Numbered from the stretch's first letter, positions 10,752 through 20,067 are shown. The stretch: DNA of 64,000 nucleotides from Candidatus Hydrogenedentota bacterium (GCA_045863295.1 BTWA01000010.1:96001-160000), one strand, 5' to 3'. Notes: a model not told the origin generated them from the sequence alone. Numbers and translations are program-made.

Positions 10752-12463
10752 CACGAGGTCTCCGCACGCCATTGAGGCGTGAAATCCGAAGGCTGTCCCG
10801 GCGCGCTGTAGTCATAGGGTCCGCGGTGGGCGCGCAACTCAAGTTCGTTTTCGCCCGCCCATTCCATCGTGGTTGCGTCCCACGGGTTTTCGGCCGCTTT
10901 CTTGCCCCAGAACAGGCTGTATACAAAATTGATCACGAACGGCAACTGCACAATCGCCAGGGCAAACGCCGAATGGGTCGCGGCTTTGTTCAAGAAGAAT
11001 ACGTCTTGTCCGTGGGCATAGGTCATGCCGCCGTCATACAAGCGGCGCGACACGGCGCCGAGCCCTTGCACCATCATGGGCAGGAACACCATGTTCATGA
11101 AAAACAGCGTGGGCCAGAAGTGAATGCGGCCGAGCAAGTCGTTCATTCTGCGGCCGGTGACTCGTGGAAACCAGTAATAGATGCCCGCGAACAGGGCGAA
11201 CAACGTGCCCGGAGCGACAACATAGTGGAAGTGGCCGATTACATAGTACGTATCATGCAGCACGATATTCGTGGCGGACAAGGCCAATGGTATGCCTGTG
11301 AATCCGCCCATGGCGAACATGGGGAGAAACGCCAGTGCGAACAACATCGGCACGGTGAAACGGATGCTGCCGCCCCATAACGACACCACCAGCGACGTGG
11401 CCAGGATGATGGAGGGGATTGAAATGATGAGCGTTGTCGCTTGGAAGAACGCGTTCATGGCGGTGCCCATGCCGGTGAGATACATGTGGTGCGCCCACAC
11501 CAGCATCGACATCAATCCCATGAACTTCGCCGCCATGACCATGCCTTTGTATCCCCACAGCGGTTTGCGGGAATTGTTGGCGATGATTTCCGCCACGATT
11601 CCGAATGCGGGGAGAATCAGCACGTAGACTTCGGGATGCGCGAGAAACCAGAACAGATGCTGCCACAGCAAGGCGCTTCCCCCACCGGAGACCTCCAATT
11701 CGCGCCCACTCACAACCAGCCCGCTCGGCAGAAAGAAACTCGAGCCCGACACCCGATCCATGATTTGCAGCACCGCCGCTGCCGCGAGCGGTGGAAACGC
11801 CAGCAGCAGCAACACCGCCGCCACCAACTGCGACCATACAAAGAAAGGCAACCGCATGAAGTGCATGCCCGGCGCGCGAAGCTGTACAACCGTGACGATG
11901 AGATTGATGCTCAAGAGCAGGTTGGAAAGATAGACCAGGGCCATTCCGGCAAGCCAATATGTCTGGCCCGCGAGTTCGATTACCGACAGCGGGGGATAGC
12001 TGGTCCATCCGCTGTTGGCTGGCCCCAGTTCCGTGAAGAAACTGGAGAGAATGACGAATCCGCCGGCCACGTAGCACCAGAATCCAATCCGGCTTAAGCG
12101 GGGAAAGGCCATGTTCGCCGCGCCAATCATGAGGGGAACCAGATAGGTACCAAATGCGGCCACGGCCAGTGGCACCACGGCGAGGAACACCATCAAGGTG
12201 CCATGCATTGCGCCGAGTTGGTTGTAGAAGTTCGGCTGCATGACGCCCCCGGCCATGGTGGGATGATCGGGTCCGAACAGCCGGCCGGCCCCGGGAATGG
12301 GCTCGCCCGGATAGGCCAATTGCCAGCGCATGAGCAGCACCAGGCCGAACGCCAGGGCAAGAAACAGCAGCGCCGTCAGGGCATAGGCCACCCCGACCGC
12401 TTTGTGATCCGTGGAAAACAAGAGGCGCCATCCCCCGATGCCGCTCTTCGATGTGCTTGTCAC
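10751..12463 (-). CDS. coxA: heme-copper oxidase subunit I, A-family-like with degenerate proton channels
   Basis: STDHK, MHGT, GWTSYPPL, HPEVY, WAHHM, LHDTYY, GHFHY, SRR. The GTG start at 12463 is inferred. Confidence 0.95.
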   Translation of the reverse strand: MTSTSKSGIGGWRLLFSTDHKAVGVAYALTALLFLALAFGLVLLMRWQLAYPGEPIPGAGRLFGPDHPTMAGGVMQPNFYNQLGAMHGTLMVFLAVVPLAVAAFGTYLVPLMIGAANMAFPRLSRIGFWCYVAGGFVILSSFFTELGPANSGWTSYPPLSVIELAGQTYWLAGMALVYLSNLLLSINLIVTVVQLRAPGMHFMRLPFFVWSQLVAAVLLLLAFPPLAAAAVLQIMDRVSGSSFFLPSGLVVSGRELEVSGGGSALLWQHLFWFLAHPEVYVLILPAFGIVAEIIANNSRKPLWGYKGMVMAAKFMGLMSMLVWAHHMYLTGMGTAMNAFFQATTLIISIPSIILATSLVVSLWGGSIRFTVPMLFALAFLPMFAMGGFTGIPLALSATNIVLHDTYYVIGHFHYVVAPGTLFALFAGIYYWFPRVTGRRMNDLLGRIHFWPTLFFMNMVFLPMMVQGLGAVSRRLYDGGMTYAHGQDVFFLNKAATHSAFALAIVQLPFVINFVYSLFWGKKAAENPWDATTMEWAGENELELRAHRGPYDYSAPGQPSDFTPQWRAETS

Positions 12464-12553
12464 GCGTGCTCTACCCCAACGACTGAACCCATGCAGGTAC
12501 TGCAAAGGGCGCGCACTCCCATTCCAGCGGAGCGCGCGCCTCGAATCGAAATA

Positions 12554-13267
12554 CTATTTGGCGCCCTTCTTATACACAAAGGTGAAATTCTGTTCCGCGT
12601 CGCCTTCCGCGGGTACTGTTACTTCGGCGGTTTGCGTGCCGAGGCGTTCATGCCACGCCTGAATGGTGTAGGTACCCGGTTCCAATCCTTCCAGCGCAAA
12701 CAGACCGTCCTTGCCGGAGACTGAATGGAAGGGATTATTCACCACCGCGATAAATGCGCGCATCCACGGGTGGATGTCGCACTTAACCGGAAACGGATCC
12801 TCGACTTGATCGAACACGATTTCCATTTCCGTCACCGTTTTCGACATTGCCCGGTTAAACGGTTTGTTTTTTCTGGGCATACCGTTCACGTTGTGCAAAA
12901 TCTCGTCGGGATTCAAGAACTTCACGGCCTGCCCGGCGTCGATAACGAGGACGCGTGGCTTGTACATGCAGCCTTCCTGCGTGAGCTCCGCCGGGGCGGT
13001 TTCGGCGGGGTACGTCTTGCCTTCGGGCAGTCCGGCGGTCACCGTAACGAGTACGTTGCCCAACTCCAGCGCATCCCCCAGGACGAGTACCTCGTTTACG
13101 GGCGGATTGTCCTTGTGCATTGCCGCGCAATGGGGATCCGCGCTCATGTCCACCGGGGGAATCTTGGGTACTTCGCCTTCAAACACGATTTTGCCTTTGA
13201 TGGATCCGGCCGAGGCCGTAATGGCCAACGCGGCGGCGGCCACAAGCACGGGAAACACTTTGAGCAT
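12554..13267 (-). CDS. secreted cupredoxin-like/carboxypeptidase-regulatory-like domain protein
   Basis: Signal peptide, DPHC, QEGCMYKP, ILHNV, KCDIHPWM, LEPGTYTIQAWHE. Confidence 0.75.
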   Translation of the reverse strand: MLKVFPVLVAAAALAITASAGSIKGKIVFEGEVPKIPPVDMSADPHCAAMHKDNPPVNEVLVLGDALELGNVLVTVTAGLPEGKTYPAETAPAELTQEGCMYKPRVLVIDAGQAVKFLNPDEILHNVNGMPRKNKPFNRAMSKTVTEMEIVFDQVEDPFPVKCDIHPWMRAFIAVVNNPFHSVSGKDGLFALEGLEPGTYTIQAWHERLGTQTAEVTVPAEGDAEQNFTFVYKKGAK

Positions 13268-13490
13268 TGCAAACTACTCCCAGATGACGGATACCTAGTC
13301 CCACTTCAGGTACAAGACGCGCCTTTGCGCAGAATCTTCAACGGTAGCAAAGGATTGGCCGGGGTTCAACTGCGGGAGGATTCCCGTTGTCCGGCCATTT
13401 CTCCGGAATGGGGCCTTCGGGTTCCCGTGTTTCGTTTATGCTAGACTTGAGACCTAATCCGATATGGAACAGGGGTTTGGACGAATTCAC

Positions 13491-14492
13491 ATGCAGTTGC
13501 ACGGTATAGGCGACGATCTCGACATCCTGGTAGTCGGCGCGGGGCCGGCCGCATTGGGTGTATTGCATGCGGCCAAGCAGGAAGGCCTCTCCGCCATCGC
13601 CTTGGACAAGGGACCTGTGTGTTCCGCGCTGTGTTCGCATCCCACCTACATGCGCTGGTTTTCCACGACGGACAAGCTTGAGCTGGGCGGTTTTCCTCTC
13701 GTTACGATGGAAAAGAACCCGACCCGCCAGGAGTATTTGAAGTATTGCCGGGCATTTGTTGCGTTTTTTGGTTTGCGTGTGGTGATGTACCACGAGGTGA
13801 TTTCGGTGACGGCGAATGGCGCCGGTTTCGTCGTGGTGGGCAAGGATCTGTATGGCCGCACCCGCGACTGGACCGCGAAGAACGTGGTATTCGCCACGGG
13901 CTTCTATGACAGTCCTCGCCGCCTGGGGGTGCCGGGAGAGGATTTGCCCAAGGTTTCGCACCGGTATACCGAAGCCCATTGGTATTTTGATCAGGACGTG
14001 CTCATCATCGGGTCGGGCAGTTCGGCTGCGGAAGTGGCGCTTGAATTGTGGCGCAACGGGGTCCGGGTGACGGTGGCCATGCGGAGCGATCGGTTTCACA
14101 CCAAGTACTGGATTGAACCCGACATCGAGAACCGGATCAAAGAAGGTTCGATCGAGTGTTACCGTAGCGTGGACGTTGTGGAGATCCGGCCTGACCATGT
14201 CGTTTTGAAAAGGCAAACCGGGGATACGGTGACCATCGACAACGACTTTGTGCTTGCCATGACCGGGTATGAACCAGACACGGCATTGGTCGAATCGATC
14301 GGATGCGAAGTCGATCATGGGTGCGGCAAGCCGGTGTTGAACGAGCGATTTGAAACGACCGTGCCCGGGGTCTACGTCGCGGGCACGTTGTGCGCCGGTC
14401 AGGAATCCAATGTTGTGTTCGTCGAAAACAGCCGCGATCATGGTCCGGCGATTGTTCGCGACATATTATCTAAACGAACCGCGGGCGTTTGA
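13491..14492 (+). CDS. YpdA-like FAD/NADPH oxidoreductase (putative bacillithiol disulfide reductase)
   Basis: GAGPAA, PTYMRWFST, PTRQEYLKY, ATGFYD, GEDLPKVSH, KYWIEPDIENRIKEG, FVENSRDH. Confidence 0.8.
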   Translation: MQLHGIGDDLDILVVGAGPAALGVLHAAKQEGLSAIALDKGPVCSALCSHPTYMRWFSTTDKLELGGFPLVTMEKNPTRQEYLKYCRAFVAFFGLRVVMYHEVISVTANGAGFVVVGKDLYGRTRDWTAKNVVFATGFYDSPRRLGVPGEDLPKVSHRYTEAHWYFDQDVLIIGSGSSAAEVALELWRNGVRVTVAMRSDRFHTKYWIEPDIENRIKEGSIECYRSVDVVEIRPDHVVLKRQTGDTVTIDNDFVLAMTGYEPDTALVESIGCEVDHGCGKPVLNERFETTVPGVYVAGTLCAGQESNVVFVENSRDHGPAIVRDILSKRTAGV

Positions 14493-14504
14493 GGCGGAGT
14501 ATTC

Positions 14505-14954
14505 ATGGCGCAACTTATCATTACGATTTTGGCATGCGTTTTGTCGGTGTTGCTTGCGTTGTTCTTCATGTATCTCAGTGGATTGCACCGGTATTGGGCA
14601 TTGGGCGGCACCTGGCTCCGGAATGATGTGATTCCCGAAGTGGACGGCAAGCCCGTTTTCCAGATGCATCCCGCGCCCGCCATGATCGCCGCGATCGCGT
14701 TTATTCTGGCGGCATTCATTGTCACCGGACGGGTCGGTTTTTTTGGGCGGCTGGCGCCGCCGGCGTTTTTTTATTGGGCCAACTGGCTGTTGGCGATCGC
14801 TTTCTTCGCGCGCGGCATTGGTGACTTTCGTCTATTCGGTCTCTTCAAGAAGGTGCGTGACACCCGGTTCGCGCGGCTTGATTCCAAGGTTTTCGTGCCG
14901 GTGGCGTTTGTGTTGGGTATCGGCGTTGCGCTGCTGGGCCTGTACCCTCGCTGA
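14505..14954 (+). CDS. DUF3995-like membrane protein
   Basis: LHRYWALGG, RGIGDFRLFGLFKKVRDTRFARLD. Confidence 0.75.
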   Translation: MAQLIITILACVLSVLLALFFMYLSGLHRYWALGGTWLRNDVIPEVDGKPVFQMHPAPAMIAAIAFILAAFIVTGRVGFFGRLAPPAFFYWANWLLAIAFFARGIGDFRLFGLFKKVRDTRFARLDSKVFVPVAFVLGIGVALLGLYPR

Positions 14955-14958
14955 CCGG

Positions 14959-16461
14959 TTACAACTTGTACAACGATCCGAACTTGGTGTTGAGATATCG
15001 CAGGTAGGCATCTGCCGTGGGCTCTTTGCCGGTGGCTTCGCGCAGGATATCGGGTGTGAGTTTGCGCCGGCCGATGCGATGAATCTTTTCCCTCAGCCAA
15101 TCGAGCAACGGTTTGAACTCGCCTTTTTCCACATGACTCCAGAGTTCCGGGATATCGGCCTGTATTGTTTCGAACAAGTGGGCGGCGTAGAGGTTGCCCA
15201 GTGTGTAGGTGGGAAAATAGCCGATTCCTCCGTGCGACCAGTGGATATCCTGCAGGCAGCCCTGGGCATCGTTCGGCACATCCAGGCCGAGGTACTGTTT
15301 AATTTTCGCGTTCCATGCCTCGGGCACATCGGCCACCTTTAACGTGCCTTCGATCAGCCCGACTTCGATCTCGAAGCGGAGAATGACATGCAGATTGTAG
15401 GTGCATTCATCGGCTTCCACGCGAATGAGCGACGGGGCCACCGCGTTGATGGCTTGATACACGGTTTCGGGGGTCACAGAGTCGAGTCGCCCGGGATAGG
15501 CCTCGCGAAGTATCGGTGTGAACCATTTCCAGAACGGCAGGCTTCTGCCAATCAGGTTTTCCCACATCCGGGATTGGGATTCGTGTATGCCGAGCGACGG
15601 GCCGTCGGCTACGGGCGTGAAGGCGTCTGCCCGGTCGTGGCCCTGCGAATAGAGGCCGTGCCCCGCTTCGTGCATGGTGCCGGTGAGCGCGGAAAAGAGT
15701 TCCTTCGGATTGATTCGCGTGGTAATGCGGACATCGCCCATGTCGAGTGCCATGGAAAAGGGGTGAACCGATTTGTCCTGTCGGCCCGCGTCGAGATCGT
15801 ATCCGAATTGTTTCAGCGCCCGGAGACACAAGGCCCATTGGGCGGACTCGTCCCAAGTGCCTTCGGTCCAGTCTGTGTCGGGCTGGTTGGGCGACTGCTT
15901 GATACGCTCGACCAGCGCGCTTTGTTTCGCCGCGAGATCGGCGAAGAGCGGCTTCAACGTTTCCACGGTCATTCCCCGCTCGAATTCCTCCAGCAGGGCG
16001 TTGTAGGGCGAGCCCGTGTAGCCCATGTAGTCGGCTTTGCGGCGGCAGAGGTCCACGACCTTTTGCAGCCAGGGTTGGAAGGTTTTGAAGTGGTTGTTTT
16101 TGCGGGCGCCCACCCAGGCTTCGTAGGCCTGGCTCGTCGTCTGCGCGAACTCATGCACGAACGATTCGGGGAGGCGTGTGGCACGGTCGAAATCGTACCG
16201 GCACACGTCCAGCAGGGCCAAATCGTCGTCACTCAGGTGTTGCCGATCCGCCGCGAGTCTTTCAAGAACGCGGCCGACTTCCGCGTCGGTAAACATGCGG
16301 TGAGCCATCGCAGACAGCGTTGCCAACTGCCTGCCTCGCAATTCAGCTCCCTTGGGCGGCATATTTACTTCCTGGTCCCATTGAAGCAACGAAACGGCCG
16401 AGCGGACATCCGTTACGCGGCCCATTTGTTCCCGGAGTATTTCGGCGGTTGTCGGTGACAT
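14959..16461 (-). CDS. carboxypeptidase, family M32
   Basis: HPF, HEAGH (HEXXH), HESQS, IRVEADE, GCLQDIHW, GYFPTY. Confidence 0.95.
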   Translation of the reverse strand: MSPTTAEILREQMGRVTDVRSAVSLLQWDQEVNMPPKGAELRGRQLATLSAMAHRMFTDAEVGRVLERLAADRQHLSDDDLALLDVCRYDFDRATRLPESFVHEFAQTTSQAYEAWVGARKNNHFKTFQPWLQKVVDLCRRKADYMGYTGSPYNALLEEFERGMTVETLKPLFADLAAKQSALVERIKQSPNQPDTDWTEGTWDESAQWALCLRALKQFGYDLDAGRQDKSVHPFSMALDMGDVRITTRINPKELFSALTGTMHEAGHGLYSQGHDRADAFTPVADGPSLGIHESQSRMWENLIGRSLPFWKWFTPILREAYPGRLDSVTPETVYQAINAVAPSLIRVEADECTYNLHVILRFEIEVGLIEGTLKVADVPEAWNAKIKQYLGLDVPNDAQGCLQDIHWSHGGIGYFPTYTLGNLYAAHLFETIQADIPELWSHVEKGEFKPLLDWLREKIHRIGRRKLTPDILREATGKEPTADAYLRYLNTKFGSLYKL

Positions 16462-16524
16462 GCGTGTACTTTCTACTCAATTGTTGTACCCAGAATTTGC
16501 ACTGGCGCCATGGCGCGCCGGGGG

Positions 16525-16986
16525 TTATCGCACGGTAAACGAGTCCCCCACGGCAATGCGGCCGCCTTGAATCACCCGGCCATGGACTCCCGCGCGGCAA
16601 AAAGGAGTCAGGCTTTTCCGCAGTCCCTGTTCAATCTGATCCATCAGTCCGCAGGGATATGTTTCGCCTTTGATTTCCACGACGACTTCGCCGACCTGTA
16701 TGGTCTGGTCGATGAGCGGTCCCATGGGGAGGCCTTCAATGAGCACGTTCGCGCGGCGGCTGTGCCATGGGAGATCCGACCCCATTTCATTCACGGTTTC
16801 TTGCCATTGTTCCTTGGAGATGAACGTGATTCCGCGGTCGGGCTTGACCGGAAGGTCGCCGACCAGACCGGCGCCGGGCTCCGCGATGACTTCGTCGACT
16901 TCCTTCATGGGTCCGTTCTTGAATGTGCGCAATGCGATGCCGGCCACTTTGCCTTGCATTGGGGATTGTGTGTTCATCATTTGCAC
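16525..16986 (-). CDS. MOSC-domain protein
   Basis: GLVGD, RRANVLI, TYPC, RAGVHGRVIQGGRIAVGD. Confidence 0.85.
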   Translation of the reverse strand: MQMMNTQSPMQGKVAGIALRTFKNGPMKEVDEVIAEPGAGLVGDLPVKPDRGITFISKEQWQETVNEMGSDLPWHSRRANVLIEGLPMGPLIDQTIQVGEVVVEIKGETYPCGLMDQIEQGLRKSLTPFCRAGVHGRVIQGGRIAVGDSFTVR

Positions 16987-17010
16987 CCTCGCCTGCCGAA
17001 TAGCTTCGCC

Positions 17011-18228
17011 CTATTGTGCCGCCGGATTCTTTCTTGAATCCACGCTATGCGTACCCGGGAGTATAGTCACTTTTTCCGCGCCGTAGTAGATGGATGGAGT
17101 CTTTCCCTGCAGCACCCTCGCGCCTTGCGGGTCATAGTCCAATTCCAACACCTCGTCGGGCGAGGCCGTTGAGATGGATACGTCTCCTATCTTTATGAAT
17201 GCGGCGTTGCATGCGACGATTCTCACGGGAAGCGAGCCATGAAATCGTATCCAGGCAAAGGCCCCTGCAAAATGAATGCGATGAAAAGGTTCCATCACTT
17301 CGCTTCCCGCCGTTCCGTTGGAGAGCAAGAGCACATCCGTGTATACGCTGTTGAAGGAAATCTCGACCCCCGTGAACGATTCGGGCAGGGCACGGCCGTT
17401 CATGGTTTCCAGGGGCAGCCTCCGCGCGGATGCGATTGCGGGCCTGCCCCGATAGGGCTCCATTATGCCGATAAACGTCGAATCGAGATCGGGTTTGCTT
17501 ATGTGCCGTTGCACGAATATCCACGGGACCCATTGGGTTGTTGTTGCCGCCACGTCCTGGGCAGGCGATTCCGCCACCGTGACGTCGGCATAGTCCGTCA
17601 AGCCGGTGTATCGCAGATGGCGCGGATTGTCACCGGTTTCCAATTGCCAATCGGCAATCCACCCGGGCGTTGAACGCGTGGCGGTCCGGTAATTTCGCAA
17701 CGGCGAGTCTGTGAGAAATGGCGGCGTGGGCAGCGGAGCGATGCCTTGTATTGCCATGATGCCGGGCAGTGCATGCAGGGTATAGGTGTGCATCCTCCCA
17801 CCGGAGCAATTGAAGCAATCAAACAGGTACGATCCGCCTTCGGCCGTTTCCACGAGGGCCACCGAGCGCGCGTACCCTCTTGACTCATTGACCGCGGGGG
17901 CTTCCAGCCGCACCGCCTTGAAGCCCTCGGCGTGGGCCTGCAATGCCACGCGGGCTTTTCCGGGGCTTTGGGATGTGTTGTCCACAGAGACCGTGGGACT
18001 TAGCATCGTTGTGTTTTGCCATGACGCCCATTCGTGGGGCGTGGGAATCAGCGATTTGCCCGACGCTGTCAATCCGAGGGCCAATGCAAACGGTGAATCC
18101 GGGTTGGATGTAGTCTGGATATGGACCGTGACACGTTCGGGATCGTTCCCCACGTGGAGTTGCACCGTGGGTTGATCGTTGTTGCCGGATTGAGCCGTCG
18201 CGGTCATGCCGACAAGCGCGCACCACAT
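17011..18228 (-). CDS. hypothetical protein; weak resemblance to heparinase II/III C-terminal beta-sandwich regions
   Basis: 405-aa ORF co-oriented with its neighbours; YARSVALV...YLFDCF..SGG..H.Y.LH and STFIGIMEPY; start uncertain. Confidence 0.5.
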   Translation of the reverse strand: MWCALVGMTATAQSGNNDQPTVQLHVGNDPERVTVHIQTTSNPDSPFALALGLTASGKSLIPTPHEWASWQNTTMLSPTVSVDNTSQSPGKARVALQAHAEGFKAVRLEAPAVNESRGYARSVALVETAEGGSYLFDCFNCSGGRMHTYTLHALPGIMAIQGIAPLPTPPFLTDSPLRNYRTATRSTPGWIADWQLETGDNPRHLRYTGLTDYADVTVAESPAQDVAATTTQWVPWIFVQRHISKPDLDSTFIGIMEPYRGRPAIASARRLPLETMNGRALPESFTGVEISFNSVYTDVLLLSNGTAGSEVMEPFHRIHFAGAFAWIRFHGSLPVRIVACNAAFIKIGDVSISTASPDEVLELDYDPQGARVLQGKTPSIYYGAEKVTILPGTHSVDSRKNPAAQ

Positions 18229-18275
18229 CCACGCGCACGGGATTCTCCAAGACCGTTTTATAGCGGTGAACCCAT

Positions 18276-19106
18276 TCAGGCGGTCACCTCCGGCGCGATT
18301 TCGATGAGAAGGCGTTTGAACACGGCAGCCTGCACTTCATCCTGCAGGCGGTCATAGGAGTGTATGAGGTTTCGCAGAAACCGGCGCATGATTGCCGTGG
18401 TGGATGCGGGCTCGGTCATGAGCCGATCGGCGGAGCCGTGCGGCAGGTTTTGCCGGAGGGTATCCATCTCGCGGGTGGTGAGCAGGCGTCCGCTGTCGAA
18501 GCAATCGAAATAGAGCGGTATGGAATTCATTTCCGAGCGGGCCAGGAAGTGGCCCGGGGCGTCGACGCCCTGGACTTGCACGCCCACGCGCTGGCCTACG
18601 AGCATGAAGAGGCAGCACAAGCTGATGGGCAAGCCTTGCTTATCCTGCAGCACATGGATCATGTTGCTGTTCAGCGGCTGGTAGTAGTCATCGTGGTTGC
18701 CTCGGAATTGCTTTGAGACGAACAGGAACCGGCTCAGGGAGATGGGGTCGCGGGCGCTGCGCGTTCCGAGATACTCTTCCGCCAGCGGGTCCAGCAAATC
18801 GCCGAGGCTCACGGGCGGCTTCCACCCGTATTGGTACCATGCCATCAGTTCGAGACCGGCTTCCAATTGGGGATCCAGCAGCCATTGCCGCCATGCCTTT
18901 TCCCGTGCGTCGTCTTCGTGGCGCTTCACCAGAATGGCTTGCAGCAGCCGCCGTTGTTCGGGGGTGACGGATTCGTAGACCGCCTCCAGTTCATGCTCCA
19001 ACTCGTCGCCAAAGGCGAGCAATTCCTGTTCGATCCGCTCGCGGACCGCCGGCGATTCGTCATCGAGGAGTCTGATGAGGTGGGGAATCTGTGCACGATC
19101 GACCAT
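18276..19106 (-). CDS. SirB1/transglutaminase-like protein
   Basis: LIRLLDD, FRGNHDDYY, GLPISL, GVDAPGHFL, FDCF, RRFLRNL. Confidence 0.85.
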   Translation of the reverse strand: MVDRAQIPHLIRLLDDESPAVRERIEQELLAFGDELEHELEAVYESVTPEQRRLLQAILVKRHEDDAREKAWRQWLLDPQLEAGLELMAWYQYGWKPPVSLGDLLDPLAEEYLGTRSARDPISLSRFLFVSKQFRGNHDDYYQPLNSNMIHVLQDKQGLPISLCCLFMLVGQRVGVQVQGVDAPGHFLARSEMNSIPLYFDCFDSGRLLTTREMDTLRQNLPHGSADRLMTEPASTTAIMRRFLRNLIHSYDRLQDEVQAAVFKRLLIEIAPEVTA

Positions 19107-19271
19107 GCGTCTATCCTTCAACGTCCGGCGAGCCATTACCACGGGCCTATTGTACGTCCGTTCATTTAGCGGCGCAAATGCGCGGGAAGTCCCGACAGTC
19201 GATCCTCCAGGTCGCCCCGGCGTTGCCTTGCCGCTATAATCGAGCCGGGACAACCTTTGGGAGACCATGCC

Positions 19272-19730
19272 ATGGACTTAAAGAGTTGCCGTGACACCGT
19301 TCGCCAGCTTGCCTTTTTGAATTCCTTGCCGGAGACCATGACGGACGGCCTCGGCATGATTTTTCTGTGGATTGGCTTCGATGAAGTATTGCCCGACGGC
19401 GCGGTGGTATTCGAAGAAGGGGACGACAAGGATGTCACGGGCGCGGTGCTTTTGCGCGGCCGCGTATCGATTGCACGTTCCGGCGGCGACGCCGTGGAGA
19501 TTGCCGCTCCCGAATTGCTGGGCGAGATGCAACAACTGACCGACACGGCCCAACGCACCGCCACGGTGACGGCTGTGGGCGAAGTGGAATTGCTTCGCTT
19601 TGAGTGGCACGAGTTGGTGGGTCTTGCGGGTTCCATGTTTACCCCCCAGGAACAGATGTTGATTCGCGATGCGCTGGCGGCGCTGTCCAAGTCGCGTGCC
19701 GCGCACGAGTCGTCCTCGTCCGAGGCGTGA
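19272..19730 (+). CDS. stand-alone cyclic-nucleotide-binding domain protein
   Basis: VFEEGD, LLRGRV, LLGEM, RTATVTA. Confidence 0.8.
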   Translation: MDLKSCRDTVRQLAFLNSLPETMTDGLGMIFLWIGFDEVLPDGAVVFEEGDDKDVTGAVLLRGRVSIARSGGDAVEIAAPELLGEMQQLTDTAQRTATVTAVGEVELLRFEWHELVGLAGSMFTPQEQMLIRDALAALSKSRAAHESSSSEA

Positions 19731-19778
19731 GCGTGCCCCACTACCCTTTACGGCCGGGGTGTTGCACCTGAGATTTAC

Positions 19779-19815
19779 TAGCGGATTGTAACAAGGGGTT
19801 TTGAGGGATATTCGC
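19779..19815. repeat. 37-bp dispersed repeat, copy B (abuts MITE copy 1)
   Basis: tagcggattgtaacaaggggttttgagggatattcgc; 34/37 identical to 7495-7531. Confidence 0.85.
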
Positions 19816-20019
19816 TAGCCCGGATATTTCACGACTTTGTCCAATTAACTGTGTACCAACAATTCAACCGGCCTGTTACCAAAACTGGCGCACTTTCAGT
19901 GTGCACGTGAAATATCCTCAGCGATTCAAGTTTAAGGAATTCTGTGTGAGCATTTTACACCACGGAGACTGTACTTCAGTCTTCCACGCACGATTTAAGC
20001 GTGGTGCAAAATGCGGGCT
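19816..20019. mobile_element. MITE-like non-autonomous element, copy 1
   Basis: About 94% identical (manual count) to 39946-40127 apart from a 24-nt insertion; imperfect TIRs cccggatatttcac / gtgcaaaatgcggg; flanks ctag/cttg; lies between convergent genes. Confidence 0.8.
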
Positions 20020-20067
20020 TGTTGCGTTGCCCTGTGAATTGAATAGGCGCCGTAATCCGTTTATTGA

